DNA of 64,000 bases from Oopsacas minuta. Its lineage: Eukaryota > Animalia > Porifera. A program made the translations under genes and the position numbers. How positions within the stretch are numbered: position 1 is the stretch's first letter; the number at the start of each line of letters is the position of its first letter. The stretch is from the NCBI GenBank assembly GCA_024704765.1, contig JAKMXF010000221.1, positions 124,001 through 188,000 of the forward strand. The letters are read 5' to 3'. A model generated the notes under the pieces. That model was not told where the DNA came from and made no database searches. It was given only the letters and a program-made list of their open reading frames with translations. This document shows, piece after piece, positions 1 to 12,472 of this stretch.

Positions 1-1201
1 TCCTACGTCATCTAATCAAACCACTCTTCCATTATTTTGCTTTTCTGCGTTGGCTAAAGGTAATAGAACTTTAATCTACCAATAGACTGTGAAGGCTAAT
101 TACGTATTTAATTTAAGGAGAAGTGCATTAATTCAATGATATTTGGAAATCAATTGACTTCTTAGATTTTGTGTGTAACACATGATCATGATCGGGCTAC
201 GGCATGCAGAAACGGCTGAAGCAAAATTTCATAGTTTCGACAATGCAATGTCGGGCAATAGCTAAATGTATGAGAGAATTTGAATAATTGGGCTGGCTCC
301 GCCGGACTGGACTCAAATTGCCCAATGTCCAGTTTATCGGTTGGCAAGTTTTAACTTGCTAACGGTGTGTCCTTACTAATATCTCTTGTTACAAGCATCC
401 TTTCTTTATTTGAAATTATACGTATGTGTATTTCGATACTCCCCGAAATCTTATCGAGTTTGCTTGATAATTTTCCATAAAACAATACATGCGACAATGA
501 CTGATTCATATATTTATCATAACAACTAAATAGGAGTTTAGGAATGTGTGTTTAGACTACAGAATTTCTATTTGCACACGTGTAACCGCAGTCCCTCTTA
601 CTCACTTATTTGTACTCGACATTACATACAAGTCCTGACCTGAAACAAATTATTGCATGAGATCATGAGACTTGATTACGTGCATAAGCACTAATATGAC
701 GCAACTATTTTCAATACATACCAGATTAACATATCGTAACTAGTGATTCACTGCTATGTTTTTTCATATAAATACTACAGCCAATTTAAATGATTATTAG
801 CATTTATTTGCATTACAAATCACTTGTATTTGAATATGAAAGGTTTATCTTCTGTTCTGATAAATATCTGCGCTAAAAAGTCAGAGAGCAATGATAGAAA
901 TACAGTAAAGAAACTACTCAAAGTAATAATCAAGAGAATATCCCATTCAAAGCATTCTGAGAGTAAGATACATACTTGTCCCTCTGCTCACCTTACTCCT
1001 CAACATATATCCTCTCCTTCAGAATTCAAACACTTGATTCACTGGCCATACGTACCAACTGTTGATGTTACTGTCAGTTCTTCTACTTCAAGCTAGTTGT
1101 AAAGAATTTCAAGTTTGCATGTTGCACAGCGCTGCGCTTTCTCTCTATTATATTATTAGTTTTCGCTTTTGCTACTGTACTATTCCGATGTACACATTTT
1201 A

Positions 1202-1725
1202 TCATACACTTGTTTGCGTGCTTTTTACATCATGATTAAACTCATACTTCGATAATAATAATCTCTTTATTAACACGCTGTATAATGACATGCTACAAAG
1301 GTGTACTATAGTAGGGGGGTATTCGGGGCTGTCCATTAAGGTTCGCATGATAGTAAGTAGAATACATACAAATAATAGCTTTATCACGTTTGAAATCAGT
1401 ATTACAAAGCACATCCCTACAACACACATGATTGCTAATATCATAAATTAGATAATTTATTATTACCCCCACATACAAACATACATCTACCGTATATACG
1501 TATATCATTGTAGGTTTTGCTGGTTGCACTGCCGCTAGAAAACAATACACGATAGTCATCACAATGCTGATTTTGTTTCCAATTTTCTAGGTATAGCACC
1601 AATGATGTGGTTGCGACATGTATACTTTGGTAAATCATGTTGTTTGATAAAAGAAGGTAGCTTGAACCCTGACATAGAGTATCTTCATGATATATCACAA
1701 TATTATTATTATGAGTTAGAAACAA
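1202..1725 (-). pseudogene. Possible frameshifted remnant of a multi-pass membrane protein
   Basis: Three overlapping minus-strand ORFs in different frames join into successive hydrophobic segments (KIGNKISIVMTIVYCFLAAV / MIYVYTVDVCLYVGVIINYL / MILAIMCVVGMCFVILISNVIKLLFVCILL). They end KYEFN, similar to QYRFN at the end of the 7TM protein at 33334-34404. Confidence 0.25.
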
Positions 1726-3117
1726 ATCTAGATAGATGTTTGGTTTATAACCAGAAATTGTTGTTTCTTATTTGTGGTAAAAGTTTATACAACTACCTAT
1801 AAGTCTACATGCTATGTATACGTATATACGTATTGTTTAAAATATATTTGGGGCAGGCGATTCAGTATTTATTCGTTTAACAATTATTATTTTGCAACTA
1901 TACTTTATCAGCCTGTGTCAGAAAGTACACTTCCAAGTTTACAGCATAGATATTTTTCCTACGCTATAACATAATATAATCTGTTTTTGATAAGGTATCT
2001 TTCGCATATTTGTATTAAGGCGAACAATTATATCAACTTTTCGTTACAATAACCGCACTTATGTAGTTAGGCCAGCTGCAGATAATAATCAATTATCCCT
2101 CACAAATGAATATTTTCACCAGTTTTGAACCCTGCAATATTTAGCTTAGGAATATATACTAGACTTGTTGTTTAATCAAATATTTTCATATTCTTTCCAA
2201 TCCTAATACATTTTCTCAATTTTCAGTGTAATAACGCGATTGTTATTCAGCTGATAGCAATTTGTATGAGGTAATTACTTCTAAATAGTTAGAGTTGTAC
2301 CGTCAAAATCAATCATTTCATAATCTTTATTTGGATCTCAATAAATACCCAATTTATCAAGCAATATAGCAATCCTAACTACCTGGCTCGAATAAAGCCA
2401 GTATGTGTTACAATCAAAAAGGATAAGCTCATTAGATCGTTGCCTTATCTACTAATTTCTACTAATTTCTACCTTAATATAGAGGCCGTAGGTATCTTAT
2501 CCTAACCCATTTCTAGGTAAAAGTTCTAATGTAATATACATTGAAACCTAAGTAGGGTAGAGATGTGCGTTAGTACACTTACTATCCCTATTGACTAAAA
2601 GAATTTTATGTTAAATTAAACTTCATGAAATTTAAGTACAACTGATTAATTATATGGGTAGGATGTGAAATACACATTGTCTCATATATTCCAGTAATAT
2701 CAACAGGGAAAACAGCAGTATCATGAAGATGTAATCACTGTATAGCAAATTGTGCGTAAACACAAATTATACATATAAATTGACTACAATTAAATATTTG
2801 TGAAATGTTTTCAACAGCACTTATGGTATTTGGCTACATAGAATATTGTCCCTATACGTGCTACTTAAGTTAATTACTAAGTAACAGTACACTGTGATTT
2901 GATAAGGCAAAAGACACAACAACAACGACAACAAACAACTGCAAACACAGTTAATAATGCAAACATATTTAAACGTAGCAATCTGATAGAAAGATTGAAT
3001 AGGAAATAATACATTAGCTTTTCAGTCTCAATCCTCAGATGATTCATTTACGACACATCTAGCTCATATCTTGTGTTAATAAATCAGTACTGATTGGGAA
3101 TATTATATAATTGGAAG

Positions 3118-3120
<3 letters not shown>

Positions 3121-3149
<29 letters not shown>

Positions 3150-3204
3150 TGTATGTATGTATGTATGTATGTATGTATGTATGTATGTATGTATGTATGT
3201 ATGT
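3121..3204. repeat. (ATGT)21 microsatellite
   Basis: Perfect tetranucleotide run of 84 nt read directly. Confidence 0.97.
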
Positions 3205-3734
3205 CACTCATTAGGCTAATAATAGACACGTAATTTGATGAAATTAATCATCGCAGTTGTGAAGGATCTCCAATTGATTATATTTCATGTGATCAGACAG
3301 CTGACATAATTAACTCCACACATGGATATATGGTATTTAGCACTTAAAACAGTTTAATTATAACCTGTGAATGTCTGTAAAATATTCCAATTAAATAACT
3401 ATTGAGCCTTAATCCTGTTGGATTAAATAATGCTTGTAAATAAATATTAATTCAACTCTGCAAATATCTGGTAAGTAGCAGGTGTAACCGAAAATGAATA
3501 TTGCAATCAAACGGCCCTCGCATAATACAACTCATGGAAAGTTGGGATCACTTCCCTGACAATTGTGACATAATGTAGTTTCCATATATTATATTTAGGA
3601 TAAAGATTTGTACAATTAACCACGTGTATTACGAATTACTTTATTCTTTATATAAGAATATACTGTAGGTAGATTGTAGTAGAATTACTTTATTCTTTCA
3701 TAAAAGTTGTCTTTAACATTACTACTGTTCTCAG

Positions 3735-4825
3735 GCGAAGGAATATTTATTTTCTCAAATCCCAAAGATAAGGTAAGTCTCTTCGCTAATCCTAGCCTGG
3801 TCCAGGAGTACATATCAAATCCTCTGCTACTTGAAGGAACGAAGTTTGATATCCGTCTTTACGTACTGCTACTGAGTATTGATCCTTTAGAGGTGTATGT
3901 CAGTCGTTCAGGCATGGTTCGATTCTGTACCCAGGATTACCATAAACCTAGTATCAAGAATGTTCATAAATCATTCATGCATCTGACTAACTACTCACTG
4001 AATAAACGTAGTGATGAGTATCAATACACAGACGAACCTGACACTGGAAGTAAACGGATTCTAACTCACGTATTAGAAGATATGGAGAGATTAGGGTATG
4101 ACACTGACCTGTTATGGGATAAAATAGATACTGTTGTAGTATCTACACTACAGGCTATGTCCCCTGAAATACAAACGGGAGTGCAGGCTGCTATCCGAAG
4201 AGGGGAGCTACCCTCTGTTGATAGCTGTTTCCAAATATTAGGATTCGATCTATTGATCGATGATAAAATGAATGTGTTTTTGTTAGAAGTAAATTCCCAT
4301 CCAAGTCTAGGCATAGATTTTGATGAACTTGTACCTGATAAGCCAGGGGTAACCAAATGTATTATTAGTCAGGTAGACATCGATATTAAACTGCCAGTAG
4401 TGTCTTGTGCATTAAAACTTGTAAGGAAGAGACAAAAGAAAGGACCAGGGATACCAATTGAAACACCATATGACTCGGTCTATAAGAGAGTATCCCCTGA
4501 TTTGATGCAGGAACAATTAACACTATTGGAGCCCATCGCTAATATGTTCAGGCAGTTCTTGAAGCGTGATGGTGTGACTATTGGCAGCTCAGCTTTTAGA
4601 AGTTTTCTGCGAAATTACAAATTATCTCCTGGATTGATCTCAACAGCTGAAGCTGATCTACTCTTTTTGAAGGCAACCCGATCTTATGTCAGTTACGAGA
4701 CTAACACTATTAATTTCCAACAGTTTTATTTCGTATTTTATTCACTCGCTAAATCAAGTTACAAGCGAGATTCAAAGCTTGAGAATATATCACTTTTGAT
4801 AGAACATTGTATGGGAAATAAATAA
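3735..4825 (+). CDS. TTLL11: Tubulin polyglutamylase TTLL11-like, 3' exon only
   Basis: TTL/ATP-grasp motifs VQEYI..PLL, KFDIRLYVLL, FMHLTNYSLN, FQILGFDLLID, LLEVNSHPSL. Acceptor ttctcag|GC at 3734 begins GEGIF. The upstream KPxxGxQ exon was not found in the window. Confidence 0.8.
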
Positions 4826-4959
4826 TTTCTTTACCTTATATCATTTGGCATTCTGTAATTAAACTAATATAATTACTTCAATCTTATTTTCGTAAATATA
4901 ATTCAAATTTCGAAAATACATATTAGGGAATTCTGAAGAATTTAGAATAATTTTAGCAT

Positions 4960-7900
4960 TTATAATTGATTTTTAGTAGATTCCTCGGCTTCAGCTACTA
5001 CCATCAAGTTAAGTACCTCCATACTTCCTTTACCCTTCGTATCTTTGGTGATAACATCCTCTAGCATCCTGTAGAGACCTGGATCAGCAAGTACTATCAG
5101 TTCAACTTCTTTCCCTTGCCAATCTTCTGCTTCTATTTTAGCTCCAAAATTTATAATCTGCTCTTTGATTAATTTCCCCTCTTTGCTAGGTAGCGTGAAT
5201 CGGAGCTCCATTTGAGCTCTCTCGATTTTCATTTTCTCTTTTAGCTTTTTGATAACTTCAAGTGACTGCTTCTTTGTACTCTTATCGATCCTAACATTGA
5301 AATGTATGTCTTTCATTGCTTTCTCAATAATACCGACTGGATAAGGTCTATTGTTATCTGGATTAATACATTTATCAGATACGATGGTAGCTATTTCACG
5401 ATAGGTTGACTCCACCTGGGTAGCTCGCTCCTTATCCGAGACCTGAAGCTCTCCTATTTATATGTAAATCAAAATATATATCAATTTATTACTGGCTATT
5501 CTCTAAATACCTTTTTTTAATATGAACTGTATAATTTGATCCATGTCCATGTCCAATCCTTCGAATGCAGTGGTCACTTCTTCCTTTTTCGCAAACTGTC
5601 CTTTTGACACATTTGTAAATATCTGCCTTATTTGGAGCACCTCTCCTAAATCCTTCTCTGCCCCCTCTCTCCAAGACATCACTTTGTTCTTGTAACAGGC
5701 AATTTCGAATCTACAAAAAACACCTTGTAATATTCTCTTTTTCAAGGCTAGAAATCACCATGAATTACTGGGTTGTTTACCCACTCATACGATGGATTAT
5801 ATTGTCTTACGAGTTACGATTAACAGGAATACGTATATTAATATTGTATTAACTTTCTACAATATTAACATTCAATAGTGTTAGGTGGTTAATTAATCGG
5901 ATAGCGCTAGTTTATAAGGGAATATTAAATTCTCAACCACAGTACAAATCCTATTTAACTACAATTCTTGCCTACTAAGTTTAGAAATTATATATTTTAT
6001 AATGAATATACCAAATCTTAGACTGTTTGAGCCATGTGTTAATAATATGCTAACAGCAACTAGCAGTACAAAGCGTGAAGGCTTGTTCTCCAATATTTCT
6101 TTCTATCTACACCCAAGCGATGATTCTCCTAAGGAAACAGAAAAATTGATAACTGAACACGATGGTAACATTGTAGATACCCCAGAACTAGCTACATATG
6201 TTATTTCTAACTCATTTTCTACCTGCAATCTGGATAAATTCGATGTTATCAGTAATGATTGGATTACGACGTGTATTTTATATCAGGCTATTCTACCAAT
6301 TGAGCCTTACTTGGTGGGAAAAGAAAAGTTATTCAATTCAGTAGTGTTTTGTTTGGGAGAAGACTTTACACAGACAGACAGAGAAAATATATTCAGTATG
6401 TTAACGTACTATGGAGCTTGTTATAATGAATCACTCAAGGAGTGTACTCACCATATCACGCTAGGTAATGAGAAACACACTTTCTATTATGACAGACAGA
6501 AGCACATACAACCAACGATAAAGGTAGTCTCTCCTCAATGGGTAGTCGACTCAATCAAATCAAACAAACCACTACCAGAATCAAACTACAAATATACACC
6601 AGACCCCAGTCAGCTACGGCTAGTCATACCTACTTTTGAGATGCAGGACTCACAAAACACTCCTAATGATATATCCTCGCCTGTTCTTAAAATAATAACA
6701 AGTCCTATTGTCCCTAGAGAGGTAACAAACCACACGACACCTGATTTATCATATCCCATTATAACTCATGATAATATCACAGAGTATACTCCTACTAGAA
6801 TGTTCTCTTCTCAGATATCTCAGGATTCAATAAGGTCTATGTCTACATCTCCATACCACAATTACCCTCAAATAATTACTCCTACATTCACAAAGCTATC
6901 TGATATGTTTAATGAGAAGTCACCAAGTATAATAATAACTCCACACACCCCTGAACCTGCTGCTGACATCCACACAGATTCTATAGCCTCCCAAACACAA
7001 ACACAAACAAATACTCATACCCAACAAGGTAAGAGCTCAAATGATACAGAACGTACTACTCGAGAGAAAATTCCTCTTCTCTACAAAGCTATTTTATTCT
7101 TTGACGGTTTCATAGAGTTAATTGGTAGAGATGCTCAAAAGGAATGGGAGAAGATCGTCACTTTACACGGAGGATTCGTATCACCGATTTATAACGATAA
7201 AGTGACACATGTCATTCTAAGACATGCTATGTGTGACGCCTACACGAAAGCTCTAAGAGACCGGAAGTTCATAGCATCAGCGTATTGGCTGAATGATATC
7301 CTCCTAAAGGAACAGCTGTTTTCTCCCTGCTGCCCTCTACATATCCCGATTAAGAACCCTAAGCCTAAAGACATGGCTGGTCTATTGATAAGTGCAAGCA
7401 ATTTTGAGGGAGCAGAGCGTGCTACGCTAAAGGATATGACATCACTATTAGGAGCTAATTATACAAGTTATCTATCCAAGAAACACGATTTCTTAATCAC
7501 TAACAAAGCTCAGGGCATAAAGTATACTAAAGCTAAAGAATGGAATATTCCTATTGTTAATGCACGATACTTAGTAGATGCTCTCTTCCAACCTGGACTC
7601 CCTGATCGCATAAAGAATATATACAGAAATATAGAATTAGGAAACCGATTAGAGATTAATAACATTGACTACTTAAAACCTCTCCTCTCGGTATGGACAC
7701 AGCATTTGCCGTAAGACAGTCAATACAGAGCAGCAAGGAAAACGGCATTACGCTAATGATTACTTAATTTTGTAATTGGTTTAGTATTTCTACTGTAACT
7801 GTATTTAGCATTTTCTATCCTAAAGCTGTAATTAAGAGATATTATTTGACATTTATAACAATTGGATAAGTATACATTCATTAATTAAGGTAATCCTTCC

Positions 7901-8392
7901 TAGTTTTTCAAATTTATATATGTCCACTACTGTTAGAGTGATAAAATTATGATAACTGATTTTGAATTAAGCTGAGGTTATTTTTAACTGAAAAATTGCT
8001 AAAAATTACTTGACTCCGTATACAAATTAGTATTTTATCCACGAATTGGGGAATAGATCGAAGAACCACTAAATAGTGTATCCACGTTTGAGTCTAAATA
8101 GCAGGCAAAGCCTGTGATTATGTAAGTTAATTGTTGAAACTTTCGTTAATACACAAGCAAGAAATATGGAGAGCTCGAGAGTAGCTACCAAACCTAGTAG
8201 CTATTAAACAACTGTTTCATATAGATTGTAGTGGAATTTCTAGTTACAAATTTCAATATAACGAATACTGTTCAAATATATATACTTTTAGTTCTCATTG
8301 AAAACAACGAACCTCTTCCCTGCCCGTTTTAGTCTGACAACTGCAACGTTAGTTAGTTTTATTTGGTTTTCCGGAGTGAAAATGCCTGCCAT
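4960..8392 (-). CDS. SBDS: Ribosome maturation protein SBDS; exons 8392-8313, 5710-5511, 5453-4960
   Basis: Exon 1 [26 protein letters not shown](R) splices in phase 2 to (R)[10 protein letters not shown], then in phase 1 to [10 protein letters not shown]...[17 protein letters not shown]. All introns are GT-AG. Confidence 0.95.
6002..7714 (+). CDS. PAXIP1: PAXIP1/PTIP-like protein with four BRCT repeats, nested antisense in SBDS intron 1
   Basis: Two N-terminal BRCTs ([19 protein letters not shown]), an S/T/P-rich linker, and two more BRCTs (VTHVIL..SAYWLND..PLHIP; [32 protein letters not shown]). Confidence 0.75.
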   Translation: MNIPNLRLFEPCVNNMLTATSSTKREGLFSNISFYLHPSDDSPKETEKLITEHDGNIVDTPELATYVISNSFSTCNLDKFDVISNDWITTCILYQAILPIEPYLVGKEKLFNSVVFCLGEDFTQTDRENIFSMLTYYGACYNESLKECTHHITLGNEKHTFYYDRQKHIQPTIKVVSPQWVVDSIKSNKPLPESNYKYTPDPSQLRLVIPTFEMQDSQNTPNDISSPVLKIITSPIVPREVTNHTTPDLSYPIITHDNITEYTPTRMFSSQISQDSIRSMSTSPYHNYPQIITPTFTKLSDMFNEKSPSIIITPHTPEPAADIHTDSIASQTQTQTNTHTQQGKSSNDTERTTREKIPLLYKAILFFDGFIELIGRDAQKEWEKIVTLHGGFVSPIYNDKVTHVILRHAMCDAYTKALRDRKFIASAYWLNDILLKEQLFSPCCPLHIPIKNPKPKDMAGLLISASNFEGAERATLKDMTSLLGANYTSYLSKKHDFLITNKAQGIKYTKAKEWNIPIVNARYLVDALFQPGLPDRIKNIYRNIELGNRLEINNIDYLKPLLSVWTQHLP

Positions 8393-8543
8393 CCTGAAAC
8401 TAGTTCACTAGACAAAAATTAAGCTAGATGAGAAATTACAGATTCGATTAATAAATTGAGAAAGTATTAGACTTAACAGCCGATCTAATTCAATAAATAT
8501 ATGCAAGTAAACTAAACTGAATATAATAAGCATTACTCATTCA

Positions 8544-9011
8544 TTATTTATCGGTTTCTTCATTACCATATCCCATCTCACTAACTTGTCCCATAGCATC
8601 CATTAAATTATTTAAATTCTCCTCTTTTTCTGCTTCAGTGTCTGAATCATCATCTCGGTCTATCCATCTATCGAAGTCTGTTTTTAAATAGTGTAGCTTC
8701 TTCTCACTGCTAACTAGGCGTGGCCAGAATTTTTTCGTTAACTTAAAAAGGACGAAGCTTATTTCTTTATCGTTCTCTTTCATCACGGTTTTTTGGGGAT
8801 CAATTTTACCATAGAAATCTATTTTGAGCTCATATGAGACAGGTTCCTGACCTTTGATCTCTTTCACACAGAAATATTCCAACCTATCCTCCTGGATATT
8901 ATGTCTCGATTTTAATCCATTAGTGTTATTTACTTCTAAAGTAATGTATAACTTATCTTCTCTCTGTGCCCATCTCGTGAATGGTGGAATAGTCTCTGAG
9001 GAGATCGCCAT
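8544..9011 (-). CDS. PTGES3: Hsp90 co-chaperone p23 (CS domain)
   Basis: WAQR, WPRL and LKTDFDRW motifs with an acidic tail. Confidence 0.9.
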   Translation of the reverse strand: MAISSETIPPFTRWAQREDKLYITLEVNNTNGLKSRHNIQEDRLEYFCVKEIKGQEPVSYELKIDFYGKIDPQKTVMKENDKEISFVLFKLTKKFWPRLVSSEKKLHYLKTDFDRWIDRDDDSDTEAEKEENLNNLMDAMGQVSEMGYGNEETDK

Positions 9012-9811
9012 TATGAAACTGTATTCTACTGAGAATTATTATATTGAAAGTATTTGATAAATGACCATATAAGGACTTTTCTACTTTAGAGAATTATAAT
9101 TTAATTATTTGGTAACCCCAAATTACTTGTAACAGTCTGAATCGTTTCTGGTTACAATGAATAAATCTTCTAAAAGCCACAGATCGGAACTAGCTCTCTT
9201 TATTTCATAACATATCCGAACTTTAATAGACAATTTATATTCAATTGGTAATACAAAGATTTACAATATTGATAATGTGTCTAATATATTATTAATAACT
9301 TTCCTTGAAGCGAAAATTAGTTGGGAGACGATTTAATATCAGTTTCTATGAAAATATCGTAGAGTTTAATTGAAAACCTTTTCAAAATACGAAATGATTA
9401 TATTGCTCATTGTAGTGACATCTTTATGATTTTAATATTTATAATTTCTGGAGAATAATAACGAAAATAGAAGTGAAATATCGAGATTAGTTATTTACAG
9501 AAATACTTCTAGACATTGTAACCACGAAGCATAATTAAATTATTACTAGAGAGTGTAAAATTGTAAATTATTGAGTGTCGGAAAGTCAGGACAAAATTTT
9601 TGTAAAAAACCTTATCATCTTCAAAATGCATTTAATGGCATATTCGTTGTCGCGTCATAACTCGATATGTCAATAGAAGGCGTATATTGCATCAATCAAG
9701 TAATGTACAATTTAATAATTTTACGTACAAAAATTGTAAGCGTGTTTGGGCAAATGAAAATTGTAATATGTAATTTGTGGAATTAATTTTTATTAATGTG
9801 TAGCATTAGCT

Positions 9812-11600
9812 ATGCTGCGTATTGTAAATACAAACAGGTTACGTCACACCGTAAGTTTGTTTTCAAGTAGATGTGCACTGTTCAACAGTCAGGGGTCTGA
9901 AGAGGTTGATCTGGTAGTGATAGGCTCAGGACCTGGTGGGTATGTAGCTGCAATTAAAGCTGCACAGCTTGGCTTGAAAACAGTGTGTGTTGAGAAGGAT
10001 AAGACTTTTGGAGGTACATGTCTAAACGTTGGGTGTATCCCTAGCAAGGCACTGCTACACAACAGTCATTTGTTTCATATGGCTAAGCATGAATTCACTG
10101 GAAGAGGAATTGATGTAACAGGGTTAGCCCTCAACCTTCCTAACCTAATGAAGCAGAAAAATACAGCTGTCAACACTCTGACAAATGGCATTGCGTATTT
10201 ATTCAAACAAAATAAAGTTATACAAATTAAAGGACACGGGACAATAACAGATCCAAACATTGTTACAGTCACTAAGAGCGATAAAACACAAGTTAGTATA
10301 TTAATTAAATTATATGAAAATCTAAAACTGTAGAATTTAGCATATTTTCGTTTTGACTACCTTTCAAATTTCAATTTACATACTTAACAAATTGCTCTTA
10401 TAAATAGCCTAGTGGCCCCAAAATTTGCTTATTGGAAATTAACAGGATGAACAAATAATAGAATTTAATATAGCTTACGTTAAATAACTGAAATCGATAA
10501 TCTATCCTAGGAACAAATCAGGACAAAGAACATTTTACTAGCTACAGGGTCAGAGGTCACTCCTTTTCCTGGTATTGACATTGATGAGAAGTTGGTGGTC
10601 TCGAGCACTGGTGCTCTGAGTCTCTCTAAAGTACCGAAACACATGATACTTATTGGTGCCGGAGTAATAGGTGTAGAGCTTGGGTCAGTTTGGAGCAGAC
10701 TGGGGGCTAAAGTAACAGCAGTGGAGTTCGCTAACCACGTGGGAGGCATGGGAATTGACAGTGAGATTAGCACGATGTTCCAAAGAGTACTAGTTAAGCA
10801 AGGGATGAAATTCAAGCTGAATTGTAAAGTAACAAAAGCAGAGAAAATAGGATCAGAAGCTGTAAGGATTACAATGCAAGATATGAAGAAGGTGCTGAAT
10901 ATAATTTGTATTTAAATATGTATTCCACTGAACAGTTAATACGAATTGCTTTTAATAGGGTGTAACAGAGGCACTAGAAGGAGATTGTCTACTCTTATGT
11001 GTAGGTAGGAGGCCTTATACAACTAGTCTAGGACTAAATCAACTTAAAATACCAATAGACGAAAAGGGCAGAATTATCACTGATGGACAATTCCGCACTA
11101 ACTACTCTAATATTTTCGCGATTGGTGACTGTATCCATGGTCCAATGCTAGCTCATAAAGCAGAAGATGAGGGTGTTATTTGTGCAGAGAGTATCGCAAC
11201 AGGAAAACCAGCTCACATAAATTATAACTGTGTTCCATCAGTAATATACACACACCCTGAAGTAGCATGGGTAGGTAAAACAGAAGAAGAGCTAAAGCAA
11301 GCAGGAGTTGATTATAAAGTAGGTAAATTCCCTCTCTCAGCTAACAGTAGAGCTAGAACTAATGCAGATTTTGATGGAATGGTCAAGATACTAGCAGAGA
11401 CAGGTACTAACACAATGCTAGGAACTCATTTCCTAGGCTCTATGGCTGGTGAGCTTATCAATGAAGCTGTACTTGCTATGGAACATGGTGCTACCTGTGA
11501 AGATGTGGCCAGGACATGTCACGCACATCCTACAGTAGCTGAAGCTTTCAAAGGAGCAAACCAGCATGTATCTTTTGGAAAAGCTATCAACTTTATTTGA
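9812..11600 (+). CDS. DLD: Mitochondrial dihydrolipoyl dehydrogenase; exons 9812-10291, 10511-10891, 10959-11600
   Basis: [13 protein letters not shown] motif, [11 protein letters not shown] redox pair, [18 protein letters not shown]. Introns are phase 0 GT-AG. Confidence 0.97.
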
Positions 11601-11995
11601 GGCAAGTAGTCTAGTAATATGTAATAGGAACTGTAATACTTACCTAGTATATTGATCATGAATTCGAATCATTGGTTTAATTAGTTTCATGGATGGGTGA
11701 GTTTCGGACACATGAGATATATGGGTACCTGAAAGAAGTGAACCATATTTATATTTCGGCAAGATTGTAATACGCGTACTGCGAAAAAATATAAGATTAT
11801 CTCAAAGTAAACCTTATCATAAGTACAGTATGTGGTTTTGCATACTGGAACTGAACTTATGAAGTCTCATTTTAAAAGGATTATATATTACGGTTTCTTT
11901 CAATTTCAGTGAAATTCATGTACCATTACCCGATTGTTTGTAAAATAATATAAATACGAGCTCAAAAATATTTCAATAAAACAAAATTTTGAGCA

Positions 11996-12472
11996 ATGAC
12001 ATCTGATGAAAATATTAATATAGACATATCTAGTGATTCACTAGATTTAAGATTTACACTATCGCTGAGTGATCAAACTATCCGCGAGCAAGGAAGGAGT
12101 CTTTTATTAGTGAATAATACTGCAGGCGATGATAACTGGCTAGATCATTTGGACAGAAAGAAACTTGTTTCTTTTTCGATAACTTGTTTTAAAAGAATTC
12201 TGGATAGTTTGGAAATAAGCAATGAAGATATTCGATATATTATGAAAATAAGAAACATAGAAAACAAACGTGTCAGCACGAAGTATAATCGGAGAAAGGT
12301 CGCACAACAAGAAATACAAAAATTAAGAAATGACAAAAAATTTTTTGTTGAACAAAAAGAAAATTTAGAAAAAGAAATAGACTTCTATACTGCTTGTCTT
12401 ATTCAAGAGAATAATTGTATCGAAAATCTTCCTGAACAGATTCATCATTGGAAACTTAATTTTCCTTATTAA
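11996..12472 (+). CDS. Divergent small Maf/CNC-like bZIP protein
   Basis: LDRKKLVSFSITCFKRIL..ISNEDIRYIMKIRNIEN resembles the Maf extended homology and basic regions, followed by a heptad zipper. Confidence 0.55.
   Translation: MTSDENINIDISSDSLDLRFTLSLSDQTIREQGRSLLLVNNTAGDDNWLDHLDRKKLVSFSITCFKRILDSLEISNEDIRYIMKIRNIENKRVSTKYNRRKVAQQEIQKLRNDKKFFVEQKENLEKEIDFYTACLIQENNCIENLPEQIHHWKLNFPY

Noticed and set aside
824-1096. 90-aa + ORF and a TM-like minus-strand fragment (ECFEWDILLIITLSSFF...)
   Set aside because: No recognisable family and stops in all upstream frames; no gene model can be built.
3914-3925. GGTTCGA T-loop-like motifs (also at 50042 and 50339) as tRNAs
   Set aside because: Inside coding exons or lacking cloverleaf stems and an A box.
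5503-5745. [11 protein letters not shown] as the SBDS N-terminus (and similar odd ends on DLD, KIF3B, SRP68, SNX and UBA ORFs)
   Set aside because: Intron read-through; GT-AG junctions restore the conserved sequence.
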